A stretch of DNA of 64,000 nucleotides from Pristiophorus japonicus (taxonomy: Eukaryota), in assembly GCF_044704955.1 (NCBI RefSeq), contig NC_091988.1, positions 93,124,001-93,188,000 on the forward strand, written 5' to 3'. The notes beneath the pieces were generated by a model that was not told where the DNA came from, searched no databases, and worked only from the letters and a program-made list of their open reading frames with translations. Positions within the stretch are counted from its first letter, which is position 1. Each line of letters opens with the position of its first letter. Both the position numbers and the translations under genes were made by a program. Positions 1 to 11,454 of the stretch are shown here, one piece after another.

Positions 1-1367
1 TTGAGAAGGTGGTGGTGAGCCACCTTCTTGAACCGCTGCAGGGTGAAGGTTCTCCCACAGTGCTGTTAGGGAGGGATGTCCAGGATTTTGCCCAGCGACG
101 ATGAAGGAATGAAGATATACTTCCAACTCAGGATGGTGTGTCACTTGGAGTGGAACTTGCAGGTGATGGTGTTCCTATGCGTCTGCTGCACTTGTCCTTC
201 TAGATGGTAGAGGTCGCGGGTTTGGGAGGTGCTGCCGAAGAAGCCTTGGTGAGTTGCTGCAGTTCATCTTGTAGATGGTACACACTGCAACCACGGTACG
301 CCGGTGGTGGAGGGAGTGAATGTTTAAGGAAGCGGGCTGCTTTATCCTGGATGGTGCTGAGCTTCTTGAGTGTTGTTGGAGCTGAACTCATCCAGGTAAG
401 TAGAGAGTATTCCATTACACTCCTGACTTGTCCCTTGCAGATGGTGGAAAGGCTTTGGGGATCAGGAGATGAGACACTCGCCATAAAACACCCAGCCCCT
501 GACCTACTCTTGTTGCCACAGTACTTATGTGGCTGGTCCAGTTAAGTTTCTGGTCAATGGTGACCCCCAAGATGTTGATGGTGGGGGATTCGGTGATGGT
601 AATGTCATTAATTGTCAAAGGGCAATGGTTAGACTTTTGCTTGTTGGGGATAGTAATTGCCTGGCATTGTGTGGCGCGAATGTTACTTGCCACTTATCAG
701 CCTGAATGTTGTCCAGGTCTTGCTGCATGTGGGCATGGACTGCTCCATTATCTGAGAAGTTCTGAATGGAACTGAACACTGTGCAGTCACCAGCGAATAT
801 CCCCACTTCTGAACCTATGATGGAGGGATAGTCATTGATGAAGCAGCTGAAGATGGTTGGGCCTAATACATTGCCATGAGGAACTCCTGCAGCGATGTCC
901 TGGGACTGTGATGATTGAACTCCAACCACCACAACCATCTTCCTTTGTGCTAGGTATGACTCCAGCTAGTGGAGAGTTTTCCCCCTGATTCTCATTAACA
1001 TCAATTTTACAAGGGCACCTTGATGCCACACTCGGTCAAATGCTGCCTTGATGTCAAGGGCAGTCACTCTCACCTCACCTCTGGAATTCAGCTCTCTTGT
1101 CCATGATTGTACAAAAGCTGTAATGAGGTCTGGAGCCGAGTGGTCCTGGCGGAACCCAAACTGGGCATCGGTGAGCAGGTTATTGGTGAGTAAATGCCGC
1201 TTGATAGCCCTGTCGACGACACCCTCTATCACTTTGCTGATGATGATAGGGCAGTAATTGGTCAGATTGGATTTGTCCTGCTTTTTGTGGATAGGATATA
1301 CCTGGGCAGTTTTCCACATTGTCGGATAGATGCCAGTGTTGTAGCTGTACTGAAACAGCTTGCTGGA
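1..1367 (-). mobile_element. Degenerate non-LTR retrotransposon (CR1/Jockey-group), RT region to 3' end
   Basis: Minus-strand ORF fragments carry RT motifs: QFGFRQDHSAPD, LDIKAAFDRVWHQG, GVPHGNVLGPTIFSCFIND, NILGVTIDQKLNW. The frame is broken. The same 3' end recurs at ~25400-25640 (+) and ~43890-44150 (-). Confidence 0.85.
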
Positions 1368-1504
1368 TGCCCCTCCAAATTAAAGATGAAAACTCTCCTT
1401 TACTTTCACCTAATGCAGCATTGCCTCCAGGGTTTTGTTTGGAAAGACAGCTGCCTCTCCCATTCCCACAGCCCCGCTCACTGGGCCCCTGCATTCACCA
1501 ATGC

Positions 1505-1702
1505 CATCTTTAATTATAAAATTATCATCCTTGTTTTCAAATCCCTCCATGGTCTCAGCCCTCCCTATTCAGGTGCTCCTTAAAATCTACCTCTTTGACC
1601 AATATCTCTTTTTGTGGCTTAGTGGTCAAGTTTTGTTTGATAATGCTCCTGTGAAGTGCCTTGGGACATTTTATTACATTAAGGGTGCTATATAAATACA
1701 AG
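1505..1702 (+). mobile_element. L2 LINE 3' end fragment
   Basis: Encodes KIIILVFKSLHG and ends in the tail gtgaagtgccttgggacat...gctatataaatacaag, shared with the L2 copies ending at ~12684 and ~24950. Confidence 0.8.
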
Positions 1703-2324
1703 CAAAAACAATTAGAAAATGCGGCACCTGCAAAGCACAGAAAGTGCAGATGTCTCTTTAAGGAGCTCTTGACTGTTGCTGAGCCCAATGACCCAACCCA
1801 AACGCACCCCCCCACTCCCCCCCCCCCAAATCCCCTGCCCTCCAACCACCAGCCTTCCACTTCCCCAGTGTATGGATCAGTCCATGCTGGGTGGGGGTGA
1901 GGGGAGCTAATTAATTATTAAAGTGAGGGGACCTCGGAACAGACTCAGAAGGTCCTCCCACGTGCCTACAATGCAAGATGCACTTATGCACTGTCAGGTG
2001 CACTGTTGCTGTGTGGCAAGTGTAAAATCTCCCACTTATACTCACACCGAAGCTGGTCATATCTGCGATCGACATTCATGTCACATGGCTCCCTTCAGCC
2101 TTTCTTCAGCCACAAACACCAAGAATATATGCAGCGTAATCCGGCATGGTAATAACAGAGCCATGCAGCCCAGGAAGGCCCCAAGTCCGATCCTTGCACT
2201 CTGCTGTGTTAGCTGGTCTCACCCAAGGTGGCATTTGAGGTGCTGCACTCGGCTTGGGTGCGCTTGGGTCAGCAAGCAGAAAAATCAACTGTCCTGGATC
2301 TCTATAAAAAGTGCCAGTCATTGC

Positions 2325-3155
2325 TCAGTCTTGTCTCTGAGTCAGAAGGTTGTGAGTTCAAGTCTCACCCCAGAGACTTAAGCGCATAATCTAGACTGAC
2401 ACTCCAATGCCGTACTGGAAGGCTGCACAGTCGGAGCTGCCGTATTTTGGATGAACATAGGAACAGGAGTAGGCCATTCAGCCACTTGAGCCTGTTCTGC
2501 CATTCAATGAGATTTGGCTGATCTGTGACCTAACTCCATAAACCCATCTTTGCCCCATATTCCTTAATACCTTTGGTTAACAAAAATCAACCAAGCTCAG
2601 ATTTAAAATGATCAATTGACCCAGCATTAATTACCGTTTGTGGAAGAGAGTTCCAAACTTCTACCACCCTTTGTGTGTAGAAGTGTTTCCTAACTCCACT
2701 CCTGAAATGCCTGGCTCTAATTTTTAGAATATGCCCCCTAGTGCTAGACTCCCCAACCAGTGGAAATAGTTGCGCTCCATCTACTCTGTCATTTCCTCTT
2801 AATATCTTTCAAATTTTGACCAAATCACCTCATAGCTTTCTAAATTCCAGGGAATACAACCCTGGATGAGAAGTTAAACCAAGGCCCTATCTGTCCTTTC
2901 AGATGGATGTGAAAGATCCCACGGAATTATTCAAGAGAAGGGCAGGGGAATCCTCACCAGTGTTCTGGCCAATAATTAGCCCTCTCAAAAACAGATTATC
3001 TGGTCATTTATCACATTACTTGCTCTGCACAAATTGGCTGCCACATTTCCTACATTGCAACAGTGACTACATTTCAAAAGTACTTCATTGGCTGTAAAGC
3101 ACTTTTCGATGTCCTGAAGATGTGAAAGGCGCTATATAAATGTAAGTTCTTTCTT
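2325..3155 (+). mobile_element. Deu-domain SINE (SacSINE1/AmnSINE-like), interrupted by a CR1
   Basis: tRNA-like head (gagtcagaaggttgtgagttcaagtc), Deu core (ggatgag...ttaaacc...aaagatccc...acagattatctggtcatt) and L2-like tail (aaaggcgctatataaatgtaag). Confidence 0.8.
2455..2862 (-). mobile_element. 5'-truncated CR1 3' end
   Basis: Reverse-complement CR1 tail (aacataggaacaggagtaggccattcagcc). Flanked by direct repeat tggatga at 2448-2454 and 2863-2869. Confidence 0.85.
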
Positions 3156-3828
3156 TCCACTGCCGAAAGCGGGCGGGTGCTTATGTCTAATGAGGACAGG
3201 GTCATTCTAGGCTGCGAAGCCCCCCATGGTCACACAGCTCTCTGGGCTCAGGCATGGAAGGCAGCCTGAGTCAGTCAGCTGTAGAAATGTACATCAACCA
3301 TGTGAGTCAGCACATTCAGGGTAGGTTCAGCACATTCAGGGTAGGTTGGGAGAAAAAGAAGGGAACTTGGGCGAATAGCAAATAATCGTTTTAAAAAATG
3401 AAAGCAACTTTACAAGAGGCGGTGGAAGTCAGACTGGGAAATTGGCACTCCAACTTCATGATGTTTTTCACTTTGAATTTATCTGGCATTTAGAATTTCT
3501 TGCTGAGAAAAACGTTCAAAACGCAGAATTTGAAATGAAATTACTATCTATCCAAAACCTACTGCTCACGTGTTTATTTTTTTTCCAAATCCCTTTTAAT
3601 TCTGTATAGGATTACAATTGTATATTTGTTCCGTGAGTGACAGCTGCTGATTTATTCCAAGCACTCTGTTCCGCTGCTTAATCCAGCTTTTTTTGCATAT
3701 ATTGCAACACTTGCCCACTGAATTCAGTCAATTTCTTTAAACTCATTCCTTCAGACATTGAATACTTGGCTGCGGCTGAATCACTCAGATCCCTCGTCCA
3801 GTGCTAACGTCTTTCTCTCAAGTTTCTT

Positions 3829-4185
3829 GTGAGGTGTTTAAGATGATTAAAAGATTTGATAGGGTAGATAGAGAGAAACTATCTTCTCTGGTGGGGGAGA
3901 CCAGAAAAAGGGGGAAGAACTTTAAAATTAGAGCCAAGCCATTCAGGGGTGATGTCAGGAAGCACCTCTTCATACAAAGAGTAATGGGAATCTGGAACCC
4001 TCTCCCCCCAAAAAGCCATTGAGGTTGCGGGTCTATAGAAAATTTCAGATTTTTGTTAGATAAGGGTATTAAGGGATATGGAACCAAGGTGAGTAAGTGG
4101 AGTTAAGATACAGCTCAGCCAGGATCTAATTGAATGATGGAACAGGCTCAAGGGGCTGAATCATCTACTCCCATTCCTATGTTTC
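3829..4185 (+). mobile_element. CR1 3' end
   Basis: Encodes a CR1 ORF2 C-terminus (EVFKMIKRFDRVDREKL...QRVMGIWNPLP) followed by a tail ending ttcctatgtt. Confidence 0.85.
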
Positions 4186-5310
4186 CCTCTCCTTTCCTGA
4201 AGGTGTTGACCTGCTGGGTTATGGTTCCACAGACCATCAACAATTATTTTCCAATGGTCATCTCTCTATATGTGAGCCTAGCCTTGGGAGTAGTCACTTA
4301 ATTGAAGTGGACCATGCTTCCCGCCAATGACCACACATGCACACTTTCCAGCAAGGGTCACGGGACAGCAATCACTATCGAGGACCCCCATTTGGTAATT
4401 TCTCCTGCCTAGCCCAGGTGTGCTGAAACTCTTTTTGGAGTTTATCTGAAAACATAAAACATTAATCCGTGCCACCCGACCTGGATGACACACCAGACAT
4501 TTACAAGGCCCTTTTTTTCCTTTTTTGTGGTTTTTTTTTGTGTTTTTCTTTTTTTTGTTTTTTTTTGGGCACTAAAATCAAATTTGTTCCTCCAGCGCCC
4601 CCTATAAAAGGGGAGGGGGACACTAAAAGCACCGGCAATTAAAACAAATTAAACTTTAAAATGTAAAATCAAATTAAAATTTGGTTGCCGGGCGTGATGA
4701 TGCACTCCAGTCCCTCCGGTGCCCACCTCTCGTGGAAGGCCGCGAGCGTACCGGTGGACACCGCGTGCTCCATCTCCAAGGACACCCTGGACCGGATGTA
4801 AGAGCGGAAGAGAGGCAGGCAGTCAGGTTGAACGACCCCCTCGACTGCCCGCTGCCTGGACCGGCTGATGGCACCCTTGGCCGTGCGCAGGAGCAGTCCT
4901 ACGAGGAGGCCCTCGGACCTACCCGCTCCCCTCCACACAGGGTGCCCAAAGATCAGGAGAGTGGGACTGAAGTGCAGCCAGAATTTCAGGAGCAGCCCCT
5001 TTAAATAATGGAACAGGGGCTGCAACCTCGTGCACTCAATAAAAACATGGAACACGGACTCCTCCAGACCGCAGAAATTGCAGGCGGCCTGGGAGTCCGT
5101 GAACCGGCTTAAAAATTAACCGGCACTGCTCCATGCACCACCCTCCAGGCCAAGTACCCGATGAATAGTGGGAGGACTCCCGCATAGAGTGCCCTCCATC
5201 GGGGACCCCCGCCTCCTCCCCAGGTGTGCTGAGACCAAATGTCACTGCTCCAGCTGAATTCACTCTAACTTCGCAGAGACTGGGATTTAACCTCTTACTG
5301 TGTCAGACCT
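4186..5310 (-). mobile_element. LF-SINE-like element, split by a Tx1 insertion
   Basis: The minus strand reads ...ctgggctaggcaggag...gtgacccttgctggaaagtgtgcatgtgtgg...ctaggctcacatat...gtggaaccata..., matching the recalled LF-SINE core. The two halves join cleanly across the TSD. Confidence 0.65.
4427..5218 (-). mobile_element. 5'-truncated Tx1-clade (L1-group) LINE
   Basis: ORF2 C-terminal zinc-knuckle region (C-x2-C...FHVFIEC, then LQPLFHYLKGLLLKFWLHFSPTLLIFG), A-rich 3' UTR, and 14-bp TSD cccaggtgtgctga at 4413-4426 and 5219-5232. Confidence 0.85.
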
Positions 5311-6586
5311 GCCAATGTTTGATGGGGTGGTGTTCAGTTATATTATGTAAGAACATAGAAATTACTAAATGAAAAAACCCAAGATTCATCTAGTTCGCCT
5401 TCTACCATCCTGGAACTCACATGGTCCAATGATAATGGATTTGTTGAGTAATCATAGCAATCAATGTTTTATATATAATTACATTTAGCAAAAAAAAAGT
5501 TGAAAGGACTCTCCTCTCAACTTTGTGACAATATATTGTGTTCAATTAGAAATGAAATATATCTTAAAAATCTATAATAAAAGCGGAAGAATGGGTGCAG
5601 ACAAACAGGTTTGAGGCCAACATCGAATTCATTTCAGGGCAAGACCCGAGAAGCTTGGTGGAATCTGCTGAATCCAGACCAGAACGAATACACGGTTTGC
5701 TCACTCTCTTGGTTGGCTGTCAGATTCGCCCATGTACTGAGTTTGGGGACAGTCTGTTCCAGTTCCAGTGGGCCCACAGTGCGAAACTCGCCACAATTTG
5801 GAACAAGTTGGCAAGCTTACAGAAATGCCAGATACATTGTCAGCGCAACAGAGGTGACACTGTGTAGATGGATGGGGGGGGGGGGAGGTTAAGGCACTTG
5901 GTTGGAATCAAGTTGGAAAACTTATCATACATTTGTCTGAGAATATTTTATGGGACATCATAGTGAGAGCTTTATTGTGCACTTGCTCCCCTACTATGGG
6001 ACTGTTTGATGGGACAGTGAGCAAAGAACCTTTAATTCCCCATTTAACTGTGTCACAGGTGAACTTATTTTCCTATGGTAGTAACAAAGCAAATCAAATG
6101 TTGGCTATCAGGTGACCTGACAGTGTACAAGGTAAAGCTTCCTCAGCACGATTGCCATTCTAATTCTGGATGTATAAACACTTTTATTAATCTGAAAGTA
6201 CACAGATTAATAATGGGGGCAGGATAAGATCTATCCCGGGAAGTAATGAAGGGGCAAAACAGAACAGTCTTAAATTGACAGTGGAAGTCTGAAGGTTCAT
6301 TGGGGTCCCTGGCACATCTGTGCAGGTGGGGGTGGGGGGGGGGTCTTTGCATGTGGAGGTCTGCAGCAAAGGGGGACTGGCTTCGGGCAGAGGCAGGTGT
6401 CTCTGTTTGTAAGGTCTCTTCTCAGGTTAGGGGGCAGGAGAGGGTCTTTCTGGGCTGGAGCAAGGGTCCGTCCCCGTGGTCATTGGGGTAAGGGAGGGAA
6501 GAGATGCTGCAGACCAGTGCCGTGCCTGGCAGTCGACAACGAGGCGAGGGGACAGCAGCAGCAGCAGCGAACAGCGAGCACGGAGG

Positions 6587-6619
6587 ATGGTAAACGCGGA
6601 GCCCAGCCACCGGCGCTGA
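6587..6619 (+). other. Candidate upstream ORF (MVNAEPSHRR*) in the putative 5' UTR
   Basis: ATG in strong Kozak context (aggATGg), stop at 6617-6619, about 100 nt upstream of the GRIP-like ATG. A second, overlapping uORF runs 6504-6593. Confidence 0.35.
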
Positions 6620-6722
6620 CTCAACGGCAGCCCTGGACTGAGGCGAGCAGCACGCAGGGGAGTCGTTCCTGTACATTTATATACATATATACATATCTCG
6701 CCCATTCAGGAACCGAGCCGAG

Positions 6723-6777
6723 ATGCCGGGCTGGAGGAAAAGCTTCACTTCGTGCTTGCAGAGACTGCACGATGAAG
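6723..6777 (+). CDS. GRIP2: First coding exon of a glutamate receptor-interacting protein, palmitoylated N-terminal isoform (GRIP2/pABP-L type; GRIP1b not excluded)
   Basis: Translates to MPGWRKSFTSCLQRLHDE plus 1 nt, followed by donor G|GTAGGC (phase 1). Cys is at position 11. Resembles the recalled N-termini of pABP-L (MRGWRRNLALCLQRLPDE) and GRIP1b (MPGWKKNIPICLQAEEQE); CLQRLxDE favours GRIP2. Too short for the ORF track. No downstream exon recognised in the window. Confidence 0.7.
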
Positions 6778-8679
6778 GTAGGCAAGTGATGGTTTGAAAA
6801 AAAACCTGTGAATTTGCAATGGTTATGGACGAGGCTGCAGAGCCGAGCTTTGTGCGGGCAACCCTCGCCGAGACAGGCTGTGCATCTTGCGGCGAGAATC
6901 GCGGGTTCGGAGACGGTGGATTTCCATTGCTCGCTGGGATCGGGATTGTTTTGTACCCATAGAGTGGGGATCGGTTCACTAGAAGTAAACAGTGGCGTTT
7001 GTTTCCGTCTGTTACCGCTTGTGCAATTTACCGGTCCATGTATACATAATATCAACATATTAAAATGTTTGCATTATGTGTGTTTACATTATATCAAGCA
7101 AGAGGTGGCAATGAAACTGGCTACAATGTGATTTTGGGACTGTGTTTATATTGCTACATAACATACACGTGTGCATCAGTTGAAGGAGCTGGTTTGCTTG
7201 GGCACAGAATAGTTGTTTTAAGAGTTTGCATTGGCCTGGTTTAAAACTAAGGATCTATTTAAAAAAAAACGAGAAGAGTGCTTTTCTGGCCGGATCTGTG
7301 CAGGGGCTGTGCCAGGAGTTAGTTTCAGTCTGATTGAAGTTATTCTGCGGACCAGGCGACTACAATTCAGCTGGTGTGTTGTGGGGCAAAAAGATCAATT
7401 GGATTGACCCGCTGTTCAATTCGGCTCCCTTTTGATTATTGGCTGCACAATTCATTCTTCTTTCAAAGCACGATGCAAAATTCCAATTAAGGCCGCAATC
7501 TGTGCGCATATGTCTGATGTTTAAGGCCAAGCACTGAGAGCGCATCACGCCACAGCAGTGCTCAGTGTACCCCCTGCTTCACCCTTTGATGTGTGTGTGC
7601 CATTTAAACTGGAAAACATATACAGCAATAACCATTTTCCATCAATCTGTGCTGATGAATGTCGAAATCCAGTGTTTTTCAGACTTTAAATGTGACTATG
7701 TGGAGGGCTGCAGAATGTTACACCTGAGGCTTAGAATCTACCCTGGATGGTCCCACCCAATCCCATCCCATCATTCCTACTGCCTCATTCTGCCCATCTG
7801 ACTCCGACCATACACTGGCCCCTGGCTGAAAGGTTTTCCTACCTGTGACCAACCAGTGCTGCTCTTCACTGACCACTAGGTGTGCAAGAGCAACTCTGCG
7901 ATGACTTTTGCTCTCTTTCCCCAATGGGGAAATGTCTGGGGTCCCCCACTGTCCTGTCTGAAATCAGTGGGACAAGGGGGACAAAATTGGGCAGTGAGGC
8001 CTACCACTGTCTCACTGAACCAACCTAAATTTGCCTCCTCCCTCCCGCGCTGGGATCACTGCTGGCTGCGCCTTCCCCACCCACTGCAGTCATGCTGTCG
8101 GTGAGCTGGGGGAGAGTTTGACCCAGGTTTCCTCCGACCCACCACATCTTGGGGCCACCAAGTGGACCATGGTGGTAGGCCCCGGGTTTGGCAGAAATGG
8201 GTTCAAAAGTTCCAGTTGGAGTGAGAAGTTTTAGCAGTGGCCCGTCTCCCTTTACTTCTCCCTCTTGGCTTATCTGCTAACAGTCATGGCCTTGACCAAG
8301 GCCTTCAGTGGATGGCTTCATCCCATCTTGGGGACCTATGGCACCATTTAAAGCTTCTTCTGTATCTTCTCGAGGGTCACTGGAAGTCGGTCTGCAATCT
8401 CTCAATGAACTTAGCAACACACTTAAGAACAAAGGCAGAGGAGTATGAATGTCGGTAACTTCTGAGTTACCTTAGAAAACGCACATTTTTAAGAAAGGCA
8501 GGATTCAGAGTTGTGGCCTGAGGAAAAATTAAACTCTGACCTCACCAAGTGTTCGCTTAACAGCAATTAGACGTTGCTTAGAGACACAACTTCACTCTTA
8601 ACAGAATACACTCTTACAATGCATCCTTACAAAATAGTATACTACCTGACTTATTATGCTCAGAACATGGAAGGTCCAC

Positions 8680-9432
8680 TTGTGTCAGCTTGGCTCAGTT
8701 CGTAGCACTCTCACTGCTGAGATAGAAGGTTATGGTTCAAGTCCCAATCCAGGACTTGAGCAAATAATCCCAGCTGACACTTCAGTGCAGTACTTGGGCT
8801 GTGCAAGAGGCAGTTTTGGATGTCTATGTCTTTTGGATGAAATGTTGACTGAGGCTCCACCTGCCTGTTCAGGTGAAACGTATAAGCTTATGAGGAGGCT
8901 TGACAAGATAGATGCAGAGAGGATGTTTCTGCAGAGAGGATGTTTCCACTGATAGGGGAGACTAGAACTAGGGGGCATAATCTTAGAATAAGGGGCCGCC
9001 CATTTAAAACTGAGATGAGGAGGAATTTCTTCTCTGAGGGTTGTAAATCTGTGGAATTCGCTGCCTCAGAGAGCTGTGGAAGCTGGGTCATTGAAATATT
9101 TAAGACAGAGATAGACAGTTTCTTAAATGATAAGGAGATAAAGGGTTATGGGGAACGGGCAAGGAAGTGGACCTGAGTCCATGATCAGATCAGCCATGAT
9201 CGTATTAAATGGCGGAGCAGGCTTGAGGGGATGTATGTCCTATTCCTGTTCCTATTTCTTATGTTCTTATTAAATTAAAGGAGCACATGGCACTTTTCAA
9301 AGAAAAATGGGGAATGTTCCTTGAACATTTATCCCTCAATCAGAAATAGATTATCTGATAATTTATTAATTTGCTCTTTGCGTGCACAAATTGTCTGCTG
9401 CATTTGCCTACAAAACAACAGTCGCTGCACTT
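8680..9432 (+). mobile_element. Deu-domain SINE, split by a CR1 3' end (~8875-9270)
   Basis: Head ggctcagttcgtagcactctc...ggttcaagtccc. The Deu core resumes after the CR1 tail (ttcttatgttctta). The CR1 piece encodes MFPLIGETRTRGHNLRIRG. Confidence 0.75.
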
Positions 9433-9621
9433 AGGAACATAGGAATTGCTGGACGAAAAGAGGACAAGATCCATCTACCTTGCATTTGACCATCCTGGTA
9501 GTTACATGAAACAATACTAGAGTTGTTGACTAATCATTGCAATCAGTCTCTATCAATTAATCTACAACAGATCCAGACATGAGGTGAGGAAAACTCCCGT
9601 GCTGGAGAGCTTTGGGAACCA

Positions 9622-10150
9622 TGGGCTGGATTTTTGACTTTGATGTTTTCAGGGCGGTAATGACGGCAGGGTGGTACAGTTTGCACCTCAGTAATTAACA
9701 TTGGGCAGCTGGGCCCTGAGTCATGGGGTGCAGCGCTAAGGATGGCGTTGTACATCTCTATTTGGCGCTAGCGTGGGAAACTCCCGAGCTAAGAAGCCGG
9801 ACCGGGAGCGCTCCGAGAGATGCCTGGGAGTTGGTGGGGGGGGGGAACCTAAAAAAAAAAAAAAAGCCCCAAAAACATTCCCAAAAACATTGCCCACGCC
9901 ACCACAACACAAATTGCAAAAAAAATTAAAAGAAAAAACAATCACACTACTTATCTTTCCGCTGTCGGTATCGTTGCACTACCTGATTTCCCAGGTGTTC
10001 ACTGCGGGGCCACTTCGGGGGCGTATGGGTCGGGCAAGGGTTAAAACTCACGCCGGTGTCGCAACCAGGGGCATTGCACACCGGAGCAGCTCTTCTGGGC
10101 GGTGCTGCTCCACATTGCTGCAAAGGAGTATTATGCGATAAAAATTTGAC
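9622..10150. repeat. GC-rich interspersed repeat, probably a degenerate TIR element
   Basis: Starts gggctggatttt like other GC-rich elements here. The right-hand inverted repeat is weak. Confidence 0.35.
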
Positions 10151-10370
10151 ACTGAACTGCATAAGTAGAAATTAGCGCAGGTGATCAAAAGCTTGGTCAA
10201 AGAGGTATGTTTTAAGGAGCGTCTTGAAGGAGGAAAGAGAGGGAGAGATACGGCAAGGTATGGCAGGGAGTTCCAGAGCCCGGGGCCTAGGCAACACAAG
10301 GCATGGCCACCAATGGTTGAGCGATTTTAATCAGGGATGCTCAGGAGGGCAGAATTGGAGGAGCACAGAC
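10150..10370 (-). mobile_element. L2 3' fragment
   Basis: The minus strand encodes CCLGPGLWNSLP and matches the L2 3' regions at ~12440-12600. Confidence 0.7.
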
Positions 10371-10974
10371 ATCTTCAAATGTCCAAGATATGTCAAAAGT
10401 CACCTGTTCCTCCCAAGCATGTCTCAAATACTCATATACTGTAACAAAAGGTTCTTTTCTGAAATAAATCTATCTAATTTACATTTGAATTTGCCTCCCT
10501 TCATGTGCAGGCCATGTCCTCTGGTTCGACTGTTCTGGACAATGTACAATAGCTTCTCAAAAATAATTGATTAACTGTGAAGTACTTTTTGGAGTTCTGA
10601 GGATATGAAAGGCACTATTATAAATACATGTTTTTTCTTTATCAGCCATAATCCAAACGTCACACACGCGAACACTTTACTGATGTCCTAGAGACAGCTC
10701 GGGCCGGGAAATAAATGCTGCCTTGCTGGTATTGTCCACATACCAAGAGCAAATCATTTTTATAAAAGAAGAAAAGCCAGTTATTGATGGGAGCTTGAAA
10801 TTTACAACTAGTTACACTTCTCTTGTGAATTATCTTGTTCGTTCATAACCAGCGACATTAAATGTGCCCATTTAGACCAGTGGTCTTAAATAGATGTGTA
10901 GGGTTAACAGCTAAATATCACCAAACCTGTTGCAGACCCCAGGCTAATCATGAGCAGTGCCATAGGAGATTATA

Positions 10975-11225
10975 GAACTTGCATTTATATAATGCCTTGT
11001 GTTTCTACAACATCCCAAAGTACTTTGTGGCCAATGAATTACCTTTGAGATGAAGCCAATTGGTGCACAACAAGGTCCCATAAATGCCAAATGAATGAAT
11101 GAATGACCAGAGCATCTGTTTTCAATGATGTTGGTGACCAGGAGAACTCCCTTCTGATTTGGTTTGTGCCATGGAATCTTTTATGTCCACCTGAACAGGT
11201 AAACAGAACCTCAGTTTAAAGATGT
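10975..11225 (-). mobile_element. Degenerate Deu-domain SINE
   Basis: Reverse-complement tail (acttgcatttatata) and Deu core (gccatggaatcttttatgtccacctga). Confidence 0.65.
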
Positions 11226-11454
11226 ATCCATTCTTCGAACAGAGCTGAGAGAAGGACTTCACACAAGATCAACTCTCCACCAATTTCTCTTTTTTTAATT
11301 ACAGTTGTTGGTAACCAGGTCACTTTCATTGCGCTTCTTGTACCAACAACTTGATAATTAAAAAATTTTAATAGAATTTTGTTTGTCAATTAATTTGCGT
11401 CACACAATGCAGTTCCTGCCTTGGCACCAAGAGTGTCTTTTCAATGTTGGTTTT

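Larger units (their letters stand above)
2150..3350 (+). mobile_element. Old LF-SINE-like element, split by a Deu-SINE (pieces ~2150-2325 and ~3158-3350)
   Basis: The 5' piece (ccaggaaggcccc...tgttagctggtctca) and the 3' piece (gaggacagggtc...aggctgcgaagcccc) resemble the recalled LF-SINE consensus and the copy at 4186-5310. Confidence 0.5.
6300..7035 (+). promoter_or_regulatory. CpG-rich, repeat-free island: probable promoter, first exon and start of intron
   Basis: CpG is locally dense compared with the flanks. Contains a (CAG)5 run near 6553-6567, an AP-1-like TGACTCA at 6617-6623, and the coding exon with its donor. Confidence 0.6.

Noticed and set aside
6397-6789. 130-aa ORF over the CpG island
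   Set aside because: It has a non-ATG start, no recognisable domain, and a different frame from the GRIP-like exon.
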